A stretch of 64,000 bases of DNA from an uncultured Candidatus Saccharibacteria bacterium (GTDB lineage: Bacteria > Patescibacteriota > Minisyncoccia > Phycocordibacterales > CSBR16-119): positions 164,853 to 228,852 of the forward strand of contig CAZPVH010000001.1 of NCBI GenBank assembly GCA_964589975.1, written 5' to 3'. The translations under genes were made by a program, and so were the position numbers. The notes beneath the pieces are model-generated. The model saw only the letters and a program-made list of their open reading frames with translations. It had not been told where the DNA came from and did no database searches. Positions 34,352 through 44,776 of this stretch are shown piece by piece; the stretch's first letter is position 1, and each line of letters begins with the position of its first letter.

Positions 34352-35610
34352 GGCTCAGCAATAGAACCTGGGACACCGTAGCAAAAATTCTAATAATTCT
34401 TTTGGTCCTGGCAGTACTCGGGAAGATTTATATTGATAAAAAGATCGGCAGCATAAATGTGCCGTCAAAGGAAAATCCGACAGAAACTGAATCTGTAGGA
34501 GAAGAAGTTTCATTTTTGAAGTTACCGCCAGGCTTCAAGGCGATATATTTTGCCAAAGGAGTTGATGGCGCCCGGGTTATGGAATGGGATCCGAACGGCA
34601 GGATGATCGTCTCGCAGACCAGTGAAGGCAAGATTTCTGTTCTTGAAGATGTGGATGGGGATGGGGTTGCTGAAAAGGCAAAGATCCTAATTGACGGACT
34701 CGACAAGCCTCATGGTCTAGTCATGAAGTGTAGTCCTGTTGGTAATCCGCCATGCCACTTGTATGTCGCGCAGCACGGCGAGCTTTCGCGGTATGTGTAC
34801 GACGCGGAAATAATGACAGTATCTGATTACACCAAACTTTTGGATTTGCCCAAATCAAAAGCAGATCGGCATTTTACACGTACTATACTCGATATGAGTA
34901 CAGTCAAAGAAAACAAACTCCTCATTTCCGTCGGATCATCTTGCAATGTTTGCGAGGAAGAGAACGATATGCGGGGGAAGATCATTTCTTACAATCTTGA
35001 TACTAAAGAAGTCACAAAATACGCCAAAGGTCTGCGAAATGCCGTATTCATGACCAGGAATCCGATAAACGGAATAGTTTTTTTGACTGAAATGGCGCGC
35101 GACGGACTCGGGGACGATATTCCGTCCGATGAAATAAACATCATTGATCCCTCAACGGTCCAGCAGGAAGGTGCACCGTACTTTGGCTGGCCGCTTTGCT
35201 ATGGAAAAAATATTCACGACGGAGATTTTGATAAAAAAAATTACATACGCGATCCTTGTTCGGATATGGATCCTTCATTTGCTGACTTGCAAGCGCATTC
35301 CGCTCCGCTCGGTCTCTCTTTTATTCCCGAAGAAGGCTGGCCGGAGGAATACTGGTTCGACCTGCTCATTGCGTACCATGGCTCATGGAACCGCTCTGTG
35401 CCGACGGGTTACAAGATTGTGAAAATGGGAGTTGACGGCAAGGGTAATCCACAGCCAGTGGAGGATTTCATTACCGGCTGGCTGACGTCGGAGGGTGAGA
35501 AGCTTGGACGACCGGCAGATATAAAGGCCATGCCTGGAGGAGTAATTTACATTACCGATGATATGAATGGCGTCGTCTATAAAATTTCTAGAACCGAAGA
35601 AGCGCGTTAA
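34348..35610 (+). CDS. PQQ-dependent sugar (glucose/sorbosone) dehydrogenase-like beta-propeller protein
   Basis: ATGA overlap with the upstream gene; N-terminal TM; C-terminal GRPADIKAMPGGVIYITDDMNGVVYKI typical of the GSDH family. Confidence 0.65.
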   Translation: MRLSNRTWDTVAKILIILLVLAVLGKIYIDKKIGSINVPSKENPTETESVGEEVSFLKLPPGFKAIYFAKGVDGARVMEWDPNGRMIVSQTSEGKISVLEDVDGDGVAEKAKILIDGLDKPHGLVMKCSPVGNPPCHLYVAQHGELSRYVYDAEIMTVSDYTKLLDLPKSKADRHFTRTILDMSTVKENKLLISVGSSCNVCEEENDMRGKIISYNLDTKEVTKYAKGLRNAVFMTRNPINGIVFLTEMARDGLGDDIPSDEINIIDPSTVQQEGAPYFGWPLCYGKNIHDGDFDKKNYIRDPCSDMDPSFADLQAHSAPLGLSFIPEEGWPEEYWFDLLIAYHGSWNRSVPTGYKIVKMGVDGKGNPQPVEDFITGWLTSEGEKLGRPADIKAMPGGVIYITDDMNGVVYKISRTEEAR

Positions 35611-36128
35611 TATTTGACGCAATAATTCTCGTCGCTGACGCAGATGTTTCCGTCATCGATGATGATGCGAGTTTCTGTGTCGCGATAGTCAAAGTGAATG
35701 TCCTTGCCGAGATTGACCGCAATGATGATGACGGCGGCTATGGCGAGCGCGAGGAGTATGGCTCCCGTAATGATCTCGTGATTTTTGTAGCGGTTCTTCA
35801 TTTTGGCGAGTGACCAGAAGCCTTTGGTAATGAGGGCTACCGGCCAATAGACTATATAGAGCACTGACGTGATCAGAATAGAGAGGACGTAGGGCGGAAT
35901 GCCGAAGAAAACGGTGTAACCTAGAAGCTTGCCAGAAACCAGAACTGTTACGACGCTTGCGAGCCAACTTATGCCAATGGCAACCAATACGATGGAAAAG
36001 ATTACAGCAACCAAGCTAAAAAAGACCTTGAATAAGGTCAGATGCGGTTTTTTGGCCGGGTGTGTTTGGATTCGGTAGGCCGGTTTTGGGGTCTCACCGA
36101 TGACTTTCCATTCATGGTTTAAATCCAT
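35607..36128 (-). CDS. Hypothetical membrane protein
   Basis: four TM helices; convergent 4-nt overlap. Confidence 0.5.
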   Translation of the reverse strand: MDLNHEWKVIGETPKPAYRIQTHPAKKPHLTLFKVFFSLVAVIFSIVLVAIGISWLASVVTVLVSGKLLGYTVFFGIPPYVLSILITSVLYIVYWPVALITKGFWSLAKMKNRYKNHEIITGAILLALAIAAVIIIAVNLGKDIHFDYRDTETRIIIDDGNICVSDENYCVKY

Positions 36129-36235
36129 GGCCGTATTCTATTCTCATTCTCGTAAATATCAACTATTTTGACTCTTGAAAATATTTATGCTTTAATGCGG
36201 GAGAAACAAGAACATACACAAAAAAGAGGGAAGAG

Positions 36236-36976
36236 ATGGAAAAAGAGGTAGAAGGCGTGAAGGAGATGAGCGAGCTCGATTACTTCACAGAGATCGACAA
36301 GAATGCGATCAAAAGGGGTTATGGACGCTCGCGCCACCATGAGATGCGCAGTCAAATGTGGCAGCGGATGGTAGAGCTTAACCCCGAGCTGAAGAGTGAG
36401 GGTGGTCAAGGACCAACGGCGGTGTATACCTACACTTCGTCGGTTAGCAATATGACCTCCAAGATCTGCACTGGCTTCATCATTGAAGCCGGAACATTCA
36501 AGAAACGCGGTTACATCTTCTGTCTGATCGAAGACCCTGAAGAGAGGGATGCGAATGGAAACCCGAAAGTCGTGTACTGGGCAACGCTCACGAAGCGGAC
36601 CATGACATCGAGCATGGTTTATAAAGTCGACATGCGTTCATGGCTTTGTATGGAGCGGACTCGTAATGCACCGATCTGCAAAGATCCAGCGTGTCGGAAG
36701 CGCTTCCGTTTCCGTTCAAAGTATCACGAAACGACCGGCAGGACTTCGCACTGGTGGCAGTGTCCGAATGTTTTGCACCACGGACCGGGCAAGTGTCCTC
36801 GTAAGGGACCTGACTACAATCTGCCGTCAGAGCTCAAGGATTTTGTGAAAATCGAGCGCGCCAATCGTGATCGTGACACACTTGATCCCCGCCGAAAGAG
36901 TCCCAGAAAAGGGAAGTTCGGTAAACGAAAGGCCACATGGAAACGAGGAAAGCGTGCAGTTGCCGCTACTTCCTAG
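36236..36976 (+). CDS. Hypothetical basic protein with a Cys/His-rich C-terminal region
   Basis: CMERTRNAPICKDPACRKRF...WWQCPNVLHHGPGKCPRKG; Lys/Arg tail; GC elevated. Confidence 0.45.
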   Translation: MEKEVEGVKEMSELDYFTEIDKNAIKRGYGRSRHHEMRSQMWQRMVELNPELKSEGGQGPTAVYTYTSSVSNMTSKICTGFIIEAGTFKKRGYIFCLIEDPEERDANGNPKVVYWATLTKRTMTSSMVYKVDMRSWLCMERTRNAPICKDPACRKRFRFRSKYHETTGRTSHWWQCPNVLHHGPGKCPRKGPDYNLPSELKDFVKIERANRDRDTLDPRRKSPRKGKFGKRKATWKRGKRAVAATS

Positions 36977-36983
36977 GAGAACG

Positions 36984-37008
36984 GGCCCCGACTTGTCGGG
37001 GCCTTTTC
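36984..37008 (+). terminator. Intrinsic terminator
   Basis: ggccccgacttgtcggggcc plus tttt. Confidence 0.7.
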
Positions 37009-37064
37009 ATTGGAAAAAATAGGATTTTGGGTTAGAATAGCCGGGTAAATTAACAAATATCAAT

Positions 37065-37934
37065 ATGAAAAAATTTCTCATTGCATTCGTAATAATGGCG
37101 GTTCTGGTTCCGGCCGCGGCATTTGCCGAAACATCCAAGGTCGTTTCAGAGCAAGCTGAAATCGACGCCCTTTTGCAAAAAATCAATCTTCTTTACGGAG
37201 AAATCTACAAACTCGGCGGAAAAGTCGAGACCAGTGTTTCGACTGACGGGAAAATAATTGCTGAACCAGCCAAGGCTGATTCCGGCAAGGGCGAAGTTCC
37301 AATGCGCAGATCAAAAGATAAAACTCCGCGTGTCATGTACTGGTGGGGCAAGGTTAATCAGCATTTCAATCTGCAAACTGGCTATTGGGAAACTGATCCT
37401 GATGGAGTTTCCGGCGCGGATCTCGACATGCTGAAGTACTGTCAGAAGTGGTACCCGAAAACAAAGTCGGTCAAAGAGCACAAACTTGAGACGATCAAGA
37501 GCTGGAAGAATCGCGGCAATCTTCTAAATTTTGAATCTCGCAAGATGTCTTATGAGTGCAGCGAGAAAGTCGGATCAAAGCCGGTTACAACTACTACAAC
37601 AAATACAGCCAATACGAATCCTGTGAACACAACTCCGTGGGTCTCTCCAGTAGAAGTCGAAGACCAGGACAATGGTGGTGATGTCGATAAAGACATGCAG
37701 ATCATGTACTGGTGGGGCAAGGTCAATCGACATTTGGATGATAAAGAATGGGTCTCAGATCCTGATGGAACATCTGGCGCAAGTATTGATAAGTTGGCTT
37801 ACTGCAAGAAGTGGTATCCACACAGTATCGGAGTTAGACAAAATACTTTGGTCACAGCAAGTGGCTGGCACGATGCCGGAAACGTTAACGAATACACGTC
37901 GATCAAGATGTCTTATTACTGCCTCCAGGACTAA
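37065..37934 (+). CDS. Secreted protein with an internal duplication (two MYWWGKVN...DPDG(V/T)SGA...KL(A/K)YC(K/Q)KWYP modules)
   Basis: signal peptide; two about 90-aa homologous modules. Confidence 0.5.
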   Translation: MKKFLIAFVIMAVLVPAAAFAETSKVVSEQAEIDALLQKINLLYGEIYKLGGKVETSVSTDGKIIAEPAKADSGKGEVPMRRSKDKTPRVMYWWGKVNQHFNLQTGYWETDPDGVSGADLDMLKYCQKWYPKTKSVKEHKLETIKSWKNRGNLLNFESRKMSYECSEKVGSKPVTTTTTNTANTNPVNTTPWVSPVEVEDQDNGGDVDKDMQIMYWWGKVNRHLDDKEWVSDPDGTSGASIDKLAYCKKWYPHSIGVRQNTLVTASGWHDAGNVNEYTSIKMSYYCLQD

Positions 37935-37939
37935 TTTCT

Positions 37940-39265
37940 ATGCGAACTCTCATAAAGGATCTCAAGAATCATAAAGGCGAAGAAGTTACCATAAAAGGCT
38001 GGATTAGTGTGCGGCGCGATCAGGGTAAAATGGTCTTTTTCGACATTCGCGATTTCTCCGGAACAATTCAGACCGTTGTACTGCCAAATAGTGAGGCGAT
38101 AACTAGCGCGAAAGAGGCGAGTCCGGAATCTGTTGTTTCTATCCTCGGAAAAGTTAACGAGCGTCCTGAAAAAAACAAAAATGCAAAGGTTCAGAACGGT
38201 GATATCGAACTTGAAGTACTTGGACTTGAAATTTTGGCCAAGGCAGAACCTCTTCCGTTCGATATGTCGGTTGACGGATTTAACCTCGACCTTACAACCG
38301 AGCTTGATCACCGAGCGCTTACGCTTCGTCATCCGCGACTACAATCAATATTTAAAGTTCAGGCAGTAATCATCGACTCATTCCGCGAATTTTTAAAAAA
38401 ACAAGATTTCTTCGAGTTCCAGGCCCCAGCGATGGTTCCAGCCACAGCAGAAGGCGGGGCAGAGGTTTTTAAGATTGATTACTTCGACAAGAAAGCCTTC
38501 CTTTCTCAGTCGCCGCAACTCTACAAGCAAATTGTTATGACTGCTTTTGAGCGTGTCTTTTCGGTTAATAAGGTTTTCCGCGCCGAACCATCGGCGACGA
38601 CTCGTCATCTTACCGAAATTGTTTCCCTCGACGTTGAGATGGGATTTATCGAATCATGGCGAGATATCCGCGACCTGTCCGAACAAACAGTTAAATTTAT
38701 TCTGGAAGAAGTTCGAACCAAATGCGCCAAAGAACTCGAATTTCTAAAAGCTGAACTCCCAGTCATGATTGAGTCTACACCGACACTCTCACTTACCGAG
38801 GCGCTACAGAAGCTTGGAGCCGGAGCTGATAAAGATTTGAACCCGGAGCAGGAGAGAAAGCTCTGTGAGATGATCAAAGAAGAAACCGGATCAGACTTCG
38901 TTTATGTTTACGGCTACCCGACACGACAAAAGCCATTTTATGTTTATCCAAATCCAGAGAATCCTGAATTCAATGAGGGTATGGATCTATTGTGCAGAGG
39001 GGTTGAGTGGCTCTCAGGCGGACGCCGGGTAAATGACTATAAGCAGCTCCTCGATCACGTCGAAAAATGGAAAATGGATCCGGAAAAAATTGAAATGTTC
39101 CTGGAAGCGTTCCGCTACGGCGTCCCACCAGAAGGCGGATTCGCTTTCGGCGCTGAGCGTATGACCATGCAGATCCTTGGGCTCAAGAATATCCGCGAGG
39201 CAACGATGTTCCCGCGAGACATGAACAGAATCGACGGACGACTGAACGACAACAAGGAAGAATAA
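37940..39265 (+). CDS. aspS: Aspartate/asparagine--tRNA ligase (class IIb, archaeal/eukaryal-type, 441 aa)
   Basis: N-terminal OB anticodon-binding domain, class II motifs, C-terminal GAERMTMQILGLKNIREATMFPRD. Confidence 0.85.
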   Translation: MRTLIKDLKNHKGEEVTIKGWISVRRDQGKMVFFDIRDFSGTIQTVVLPNSEAITSAKEASPESVVSILGKVNERPEKNKNAKVQNGDIELEVLGLEILAKAEPLPFDMSVDGFNLDLTTELDHRALTLRHPRLQSIFKVQAVIIDSFREFLKKQDFFEFQAPAMVPATAEGGAEVFKIDYFDKKAFLSQSPQLYKQIVMTAFERVFSVNKVFRAEPSATTRHLTEIVSLDVEMGFIESWRDIRDLSEQTVKFILEEVRTKCAKELEFLKAELPVMIESTPTLSLTEALQKLGAGADKDLNPEQERKLCEMIKEETGSDFVYVYGYPTRQKPFYVYPNPENPEFNEGMDLLCRGVEWLSGGRRVNDYKQLLDHVEKWKMDPEKIEMFLEAFRYGVPPEGGFAFGAERMTMQILGLKNIREATMFPRDMNRIDGRLNDNKEE

Positions 39266-39274
39266 GAACGAAAA

Positions 39275-39300
39275 AGGCCCCCGCAATGCGGGAGCCTTTC
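39275..39300. terminator. Bidirectional terminator
   Basis: aggcccccgcaatgcgggagcct. Confidence 0.65.
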
Positions 39301-39314
39301 GTTTCGAACACCAA

Positions 39315-41093
39315 TCAGTTTAGGGCCATATCGAGTTTCTGCTTCTTCACCAGCTCTCTGTAGATCTCGCAAGATTTCATCAGAGTTGCGTGATTATCAA
39401 AGGCGATGAGCCTACCTTTGTCCATTACCATGATCCTGGAGCAGGACTTCAGGGTTGCAAACCGGTGGGCGATGATGATCGTTGTTACTCCTTGGAGCTG
39501 CTGACTGATCACATTCTCAAAGATCTCACCTTCGATCTTGGCATCCATTTGACTGGTTGCTTCGTCAAGAATGAGAATCTTTGCTTTCCGGATAGTTGCC
39601 TGGGCGATCAGAAGCCTTTGACGTTCACCGCCCGAGAGCTTGATGCCGCGTTCGCCAACGAATTCATCGAGCCCCTTTCTCGTTTCGCGGACTCGCTCGT
39701 CAAGACGCGCGTCTTTCAGCGCTTTCCAGAGCGTAGTATCGTCAACCTCGGTATCGGCTCCGAATGTCAGGTTGAAGCGGATCGTATTATCGAACAGCTG
39801 TCCTTCCTGTTGTACGAAGGCGATCTGTCGACGGTAGCTTCTGTCGAAATCCGGCAATGGCGTGTTGTCGATGTAAATGCCGCCCGAGGACGGATCATAC
39901 GCTCGTGTGATCAGCCTGATGAGGGTTGTCTTGCCAGCGCCGGATTCACCGACGATGCCGACTGTCTCTCCAGCTTCAATATCGAACGTCACATCTTTCA
40001 CCCCACGGTCATTTTCATCTTCAGCAGATCCATACGTGTATGAGACTCGGCTCATAGAGATCTTTCCATAACTGATGTCTCTCTGTGTGCCGTTCTCATT
40101 GAGATCAGGCTCGGTCTCCACGAGATGAAGATATTTCTGGATCGTCGGCACTTGCCGTGCGATCTGTCTCATCTCGCTTCGAATGCTGCCGAGACGCGCC
40201 GTGGTGCTACCGGTCCAAGAGAAGAGCATCACTAGCACTCCTGTCGACTCTGACCCGCTTTGAACGAGATGGATGCCGAATACGAGCATGGCGATCGTGA
40301 TACTGATCTTCAAGAAACCGATCATGTGTGACCCAGAGCTGTAGCGAAGCCAAAGAGTTCTGGCAAGAGTGTTTACGCGGGAAATTTCCTGCATGTATAG
40401 CTCGTTGAACCATTCTTCCTGGCCGCCGAGCTTTACGGGGATAACGTTCCGGAGCATCTCTGACTTGAACTTGCCGCGATTTCTATGCTCTTCTTCAAGC
40501 TTTAAGAGGGGGTCCTCATACGACTTGTTGAATTTTAGAGCTGCTGTCAGATAGACACCCGACAAGATTGCGATCATGAGACCCATCTGCCATGACACCA
40601 TAGTTGTGGCGAGGACGCAGAGACTGACATAAAAGATGTGTGGCAGCAGGCTGAAGAGCATGCTGATAACAAAATCCTTTAGCGAGCTTACACCCATGCC
40701 GATCGTTTCGTTGATGACACTCGAGTTCATGTTCATGTGCTGTCCGAGCGAGAGCGACATCAGTCGGCGCGTTGCAAAGCCTTCAATCTTTTCGTTGAAT
40801 GTGAAGAAGTACTTCTTCAGGTCAACGTATTCTCGAAGCCACTGCGCAAAATGCGCCGAAACGAGGAACGCGACGGCGCCAATAGCGTAAATGTAGGCTC
40901 CGTCGGCCTTCCCACTCAGCTTATTGATGATCTGTCCGAAGAGGTAGGGGATGTATATCCCGAAGATCTCTCCGACAATGAGAAGCGCAAGGGAGATCAT
41001 GATAAAACCATGAAATCCTCGGAGCTGTGTCCAGGCGTGCTTTATGATTTGCTTCATGTCTGTTTGGTGTTCGTTTTTTGAGGTTCTTTTCAC
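39315..41093 (-). CDS. ABC transporter, fused permease/ATP-binding exporter (MsbA-like)
   Basis: six TM helices then an NBD with GESGAGKTT, LSGGERQR, ILILDEATS. Confidence 0.85.
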   Translation of the reverse strand: MKRTSKNEHQTDMKQIIKHAWTQLRGFHGFIMISLALLIVGEIFGIYIPYLFGQIINKLSGKADGAYIYAIGAVAFLVSAHFAQWLREYVDLKKYFFTFNEKIEGFATRRLMSLSLGQHMNMNSSVINETIGMGVSSLKDFVISMLFSLLPHIFYVSLCVLATTMVSWQMGLMIAILSGVYLTAALKFNKSYEDPLLKLEEEHRNRGKFKSEMLRNVIPVKLGGQEEWFNELYMQEISRVNTLARTLWLRYSSGSHMIGFLKISITIAMLVFGIHLVQSGSESTGVLVMLFSWTGSTTARLGSIRSEMRQIARQVPTIQKYLHLVETEPDLNENGTQRDISYGKISMSRVSYTYGSAEDENDRGVKDVTFDIEAGETVGIVGESGAGKTTLIRLITRAYDPSSGGIYIDNTPLPDFDRSYRRQIAFVQQEGQLFDNTIRFNLTFGADTEVDDTTLWKALKDARLDERVRETRKGLDEFVGERGIKLSGGERQRLLIAQATIRKAKILILDEATSQMDAKIEGEIFENVISQQLQGVTTIIIAHRFATLKSCSRIMVMDKGRLIAFDNHATLMKSCEIYRELVKKQKLDMALN

Positions 41094-41188
41094 TCTTTAT
41101 ATAGCATAAAAAAAGCCTAATGTCAAATTAGAAAATACCCACTTTTTCCCTTAAAACACAGCATTTTCATGTTAAAATATCAAACATC

Positions 41189-41959
41189 ATGACTGAAACG
41201 TCGTACCAAGTTAAAACTGGGCAATTTCAAGGCCCGCTTGATGTACTTCTTGGTCTTATTGAAAAACGTAAGCTTTTTATTAATGAGATCTCTCTTGCGT
41301 CTATTACGGACGACTTTATTGTTTACGTTCAGGCACTGGACAAGAAAGACATCGAATCCTACACATCATTCATCTCAGTCGCAGCGACGCTCATCCTAAT
41401 CAAGTCTCGCTCGCTCATTCCGAACCTCGAGCTCACAGAAGATGAACAAAATGATATCGGGGCCCTTGAACGAAGATTGGAACTATATCGTTTAATAAAA
41501 GAGATTGGAGTTGAGATAGAAGCGAAATTCGGCAAGCAAATTATTTTCCCGAGACTTGAGAAAAAGATTGAGACAAAGGTGTTCGCGCCCGATGCGCAGA
41601 TCACTAAAGACTCGATGCTCTCAAACATCTACGACGCGATAAAATTAATTCCGATTCCGGAGCCACCGAAGCCTGAAGTTCTGGTTCTAAAAGTAAAAAG
41701 CATCGAGGAAACGATCAATGATTTGGTAGAAAGGGTCACAAAGAGTTTCAAAATGAGTTTTCGAGAATTTTCTGCATCGCACGGGTATAAAGACGAGAAA
41801 GAAAAGAAGGTCGGAACAATTGTCTCATTCCTTGCCATGCTAGAATTGGTCAGGAACGGATTTATGGAAGCATTCCAGACAGATGCGTTTGAGGATATCA
41901 GTATTGAAAAGATAGAAATTAAGCCGGAAGTAACAAATCAAAATGACATTAGCGAATAA
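41189..41959 (+). CDS. scpA: Segregation and condensation protein A
   Basis: FQGPLDVLLGLIEKRKLFINEISLASITDDF. Confidence 0.8.
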   Translation: MTETSYQVKTGQFQGPLDVLLGLIEKRKLFINEISLASITDDFIVYVQALDKKDIESYTSFISVAATLILIKSRSLIPNLELTEDEQNDIGALERRLELYRLIKEIGVEIEAKFGKQIIFPRLEKKIETKVFAPDAQITKDSMLSNIYDAIKLIPIPEPPKPEVLVLKVKSIEETINDLVERVTKSFKMSFREFSASHGYKDEKEKKVGTIVSFLAMLELVRNGFMEAFQTDAFEDISIEKIEIKPEVTNQNDISE

Positions 41960-42503
41960 AATCGAAGCGTATCTTTTTTGGAAAGGCGAACCTCAGACCC
42001 ACTGGGAGATTGCGGTCGCACTTCGCGTAGAGCCAACCGATATTCAACCGGCAATTGAGGAGCTCCGCGCAGCGCTAGCGGAAAGGGGAATCTCACTTGT
42101 TGCCCATGAAGACAAAGTCATGCTTGGAACGTCTCCCGAAATGTCAGACTTTTTCGAAACTCTTCGCAAAGAAGAGCTGTCGAAAGACTTGTCAAAGGCA
42201 GCGCTCGAAACTATCTCTATAATCCTATATCGTTCCGGCGCCACGCGCTCAGAGATAAATTTTATTCGGGGCGTGAATTCCGGGTATATTCTCCGAAACC
42301 TCGAAATCCGAGGTCTTGTGGAGCGTGATATGCATAAAACTGACGGGCGACTCAATATTTACAAGCCGACTCTCGAATTGCTATCATTCCTTGGTGTCGG
42401 AAGCGCTGGAGAATTACCAGAATTTCAGAAAGTACGTGACACTTTGGCCGAAAAGCTATCCGGCGGAGCTAAAAGAGAATTAGAGAATGAATCTAACCCA
42501 TAA
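41943..42503 (+). CDS. scpB: Segregation and condensation protein B
   Basis: IEAYLFWKGEP...ETISIILYRSGATRSEINFIRGVNSGYILRNLEIRGLVER. Confidence 0.8.
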   Translation: MTLANKIEAYLFWKGEPQTHWEIAVALRVEPTDIQPAIEELRAALAERGISLVAHEDKVMLGTSPEMSDFFETLRKEELSKDLSKAALETISIILYRSGATRSEINFIRGVNSGYILRNLEIRGLVERDMHKTDGRLNIYKPTLELLSFLGVGSAGELPEFQKVRDTLAEKLSGGAKRELENESNP

Positions 42504-43425
42504 AGAAAGAGAACTAATATTTATAATGTTCATGCTCGCCATCGTGGCGGTTTTTTATGCTATCTCGATCAAGGACGAGATAGCTCGTGGAATTATAATT
42601 GAACAACAAGTTGCGGAGTATCAGAAAAGCATCGAACCGTTTTTGGATTTGGCTTTAAACGCCAAAAGTTTTGCGATCTACGATATGGATAACAAGAATT
42701 TCGTTTACAAACGCGATGCCGAACGGCAGATGCCACTTGCTTCGCTTACAAAGGTTATGTCGGCGATAGTTGTTATGGAACATGTTCCGGCCGACCATGT
42801 CTTCCAGATTTCCAAAGATGCTTTGTCCGAAATCGGAGACAATAAGCTTCTTCTCGATGAGAAATGGGGAAGGGACGAGCTCCTAAAATTCGCCTTGGTG
42901 GAGTCTTCAAACGACGCGCTCTGGCAGATGGCCTATGAGACGGGAAAAATCATCGATCCGGCTTCCGGAGATCCCATCTCTGTATTTGTTGCGCGCATGA
43001 ATGAGGAGGCTAAAGAAATGAGACTAGCTGGATTTGAATTCAAGAATCCTTCCGGACTCGATATCGGCGACGGTACGAACGGGGGATATGGCAATGCGCG
43101 AAATATGGCTAAGCTTTTTGCGGAAGCCGTCACGAAATATCCGGAAATATTTTCTCCGACCAAGGATCAGGCGCCAATTTTCCGCTCGAATGACGCAGAG
43201 CATGTGGCCAAGAACACGAATCCATTCACTCATGAAATCCCTGGACTCGTTGCTTCAAAAACAGGATTTACAAATATTTCAGGCGGCAATTTAGTCGTGG
43301 CGGTAAAGGACGAACAGGGACGTAATCTCGCTATCGTGGTCATGGGTTCGACTTTTGATGACCGCTTCACGGATGTAAAGACAATTTCCGGGTCGCTAAG
43401 AAGTCCCCAGGAATCCGGATTCTAA
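42487..43425 (+). CDS. D-alanyl-D-alanine carboxypeptidase (S11 family PBP)
   Basis: SLTK (SxxK), SSN (VESSNDA), SKTGFT (KTG). Confidence 0.8.
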   Translation: MNLTHKERELIFIMFMLAIVAVFYAISIKDEIARGIIIEQQVAEYQKSIEPFLDLALNAKSFAIYDMDNKNFVYKRDAERQMPLASLTKVMSAIVVMEHVPADHVFQISKDALSEIGDNKLLLDEKWGRDELLKFALVESSNDALWQMAYETGKIIDPASGDPISVFVARMNEEAKEMRLAGFEFKNPSGLDIGDGTNGGYGNARNMAKLFAEAVTKYPEIFSPTKDQAPIFRSNDAEHVAKNTNPFTHEIPGLVASKTGFTNISGGNLVVAVKDEQGRNLAIVVMGSTFDDRFTDVKTISGSLRSPQESGF

Positions 43426-43443
43426 TTCTGCTAGAATATCCTT

Positions 43444-44520
43444 ATGATAAATCTAAGCCTCATTAAACTATTTTTGCCGGCGGTTCTCACCTTCGTGCTC
43501 GGTATTGCCATAACGCCATTTTTCACAGACTTTTTTTACAAGCACAAGATGTGGAAGAAGGTGGCACGTAAAGTAGATGGTGAAGATAAGCGCGACGAAA
43601 TGTCGGCCGAGTTTAAGCGGATCTCGAATGGCGATCATGAACTTCACACGCCGCGCGTTGGAGGCATGATTATTTGGGCCAGTATTTGTCTCTCTGCACT
43701 CATTCTTTTCCTTATCCCTACATTTCTTCCGAATGATATCTCGCAAAAACTTAATTTCGTTTCCAAAGAACAAACACTCCTGCCGTTTATCGCGCTACTT
43801 ATTGGCGCATTTCTTGGTCTCGTGAACGACTTAATGACTATTTATGTGACGCGCGGAGTTTTTGTAAACGGTTTTCCGCGAAAGTACATGCTTTCCATGA
43901 TCGCGCTCACCGGACTTGCCTTTGCGCTTTGGTTCTTCTTAAAGCTCGGTGACGCGCAACTAGTCATCCCTTTCGCGCATCAAGCGTGGTACCTCGGCTA
44001 TTGGTTCATTCCTGTTTTCATCCTTGTCTTTATGGCGACGTTCTCTTCCGGAGTAATCGACGGGATAGACGGTTTGGCTGGAGGCATTATGGCTATCATC
44101 TTCGCCTCGCTCTCTGTCATCGCTTATTTTCAAACCCAGATCGACATTGCGGCGTTTTGCCTCGTGGTCTCTGGCGCCATTCTCTCATTCCTTTGGTTCA
44201 ATATTCCGCCGGCCAGATTTTGGATGGGGGAGACGGGCATGCTCGGGCTCCTCTTCGCGCTTGTTGTTGTGGCATTTCTAACCGATACGGTTCTCATCCT
44301 TCCAATCATCGGTTTTCCGCTTGTCATGACTGCGCTCTCGTCTGCTATCCAGATAATCTCGAAGAAGTTGCGTGGTCCCGTGAAAGGCAAGATCTTCCGC
44401 GTCGCGCCGCTCCATCATCATTTTGAGGCTATTGGCTGGTCCCGCGAAAAGATCACCATGCGCTACTGGATTATATCCATTATGTTCGCTGTTGTTGGAG
44501 TCATCGTGGCCCTATTGTAG
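43444..44520 (+). CDS. mraY: Phospho-N-acetylmuramoyl-pentapeptide transferase MraY
   Basis: GVIDGIDGLAGG and APLHHHFE motifs; 10 TM helices. Confidence 0.85.
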   Translation: MINLSLIKLFLPAVLTFVLGIAITPFFTDFFYKHKMWKKVARKVDGEDKRDEMSAEFKRISNGDHELHTPRVGGMIIWASICLSALILFLIPTFLPNDISQKLNFVSKEQTLLPFIALLIGAFLGLVNDLMTIYVTRGVFVNGFPRKYMLSMIALTGLAFALWFFLKLGDAQLVIPFAHQAWYLGYWFIPVFILVFMATFSSGVIDGIDGLAGGIMAIIFASLSVIAYFQTQIDIAAFCLVVSGAILSFLWFNIPPARFWMGETGMLGLLFALVVVAFLTDTVLILPIIGFPLVMTALSSAIQIISKKLRGPVKGKIFRVAPLHHHFEAIGWSREKITMRYWIISIMFAVVGVIVALL

Positions 44521-44597
44521 ATATTGACTCACATAACTATTTGTGCTAGTTTGCCATCCATAAACGGCTCTTTTTAAATATGAATATGTAAGTCAAA

Positions 44598-44655
44598 AAC
44601 GGTCAAGAAAAGCCATGAGGTGGCGAACATTCGTCATTTCTTAGCTTTTCTTGAC
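44598..44655. repeat. Perfect 13-bp inverted repeat (GGTCAAGAAAAGC / GCTTTTCTTGACC) with a 32-nt loop, upstream of the flotillin gene
   Basis: read directly from the sequence. Confidence 0.6.
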
Positions 44656-44776
44656 CATCGGTACAAGATAGCCCGCACCTAGAGGTACCTGGAAACCATC
44701 AAAAAACCACTACATGGTATTGCTCTCGTTCTAGTTTGAAATCCCTTCGTGGGCGCCAACGGTTGGCTTATGGCTA

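Noticed and set aside
44681-44768. tRNA-like 88-nt stretch (5' gcccgca ... GTTTGAAATCCC ... cgtgggcgCCA 3') upstream of the flotillin gene
   Set aside because: The acceptor stem gives 6 of 7 pairs and the T-loop-like TTGAAAT has G at the invariant C56 position. No consistent D-arm or T-stem pairing could be drawn, so it is not called as a tRNA. It might be a degenerate tRNA remnant.
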